Assembly (NCBI GenBank): GCA_029248335.1
Contig: JAQWJM010000050.1
Coordinates: 1-25,000, forward strand
Length of the DNA stretch: 25,000 bases
From: Phycisphaerales bacterium
Lineage (GTDB): Bacteria > Planctomycetota > Phycisphaerae > Phycisphaerales > SM1A02
Reading direction: 5' to 3'
This document shows positions 24,823-25,000 of the stretch, one piece after another. The translations under genes were made by a program, and so were the position numbers. The number at the start of each line of letters is the position of its first letter. The stretch's first letter is position 1. The notes beneath the pieces were generated by a model. It was not told the DNA's origin and did not search any database. It saw only the letters and a program-made list of their open reading frames with translations.

Positions 24823-25000
24823 TCAGGGGGTCCATTGCCCCAGCAGGACCCCGAGGTCGAGACCCGCCACGATGCCGTTCCCGTCGAAGTCGGCGTCGCA
24901 GCCGGCGCAGTCACCCCAGGAAGCGAGCAGGATTCCGAGATCGGCCGCGGTCACCCGATCGTCGCCGTTCAGGTCGGCATCGGGCACCGGCATCGGCGCG
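24823..25000 (-). CDS. Partial CDS (C-terminal 58 aa plus stop; 5' end outside the window): second secreted protein ending in a dockerin-like module
   Basis: The minus-strand frame ending in stop 24825..24823 encodes the same motifs as the downstream paralogue's C-terminus (D-x-D-G-x-V-x-x-x-D-L-G-x-L-L ... W-G; the last residues are ...LLGQWTP). It has no in-window start, so the ORF track omits it. Confidence 0.5.
   Translation of the reverse strand, partial: APMPVPDADLNGDDRVTAADLGILLASWGDCAGCDADFDGNGIVAGLDLGVLLGQWTP

Noticed and set aside
1-25000. CRISPR arrays, rRNA genes, IS elements or transposases
   Set aside because: No direct-repeat/spacer periodicity, no rRNA-like conserved stretches, no transposase or integrase motifs (DDE, tyrosine recombinase RHRY) were seen in any frame.

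Overview
This is a 25 kb, high-GC (~68-70%) chromosomal window with GC-rich third codon positions and many long antisense ORFs that I treat as spurious. Recognisable housekeeping genes are metK (SAM synthetase) running directly into an rsmB/Sun-type 16S rRNA m5C methyltransferase, a PtsN-like EIIA(Ntr), a CbpA-type J-domain protein, a minus-strand gatB-hpt-bPH operon, two cyclophilin PPIases (one with a ~230-aa N-terminal extension) and a tRNA-Cys(GCA) with a downstream hairpin terminator. Between these lies an accessory signalling and membrane cluster. An excisionase-family HTH gene, a secreted/TM protein and an SPFH (flotillin-like) coiled-coil protein form a minus-strand operon. It is divergent from an FHA-domain protein, which is convergent with a ~1530-aa receptor-type Ser/Thr kinase. 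That kinase carries a cytoplasmic kinase domain, about six copies of a ~80-aa helical repeat, one TM helix and two 7-bladed RCC1-like beta-propellers encoded by ~130-bp tandem DNA repeats. Also present are a FixG/NapH-like polyferredoxin membrane protein fused to a TPR domain, and at the 3' end two tandem secreted proteins with C-terminal dockerin-like modules. I see no CRISPR, rRNA, integrase or transposase. The FHA gene plus the giant RCC1 receptor kinase and its flanking HTH/flotillin operon is my best candidate for an undescribed signalling system.
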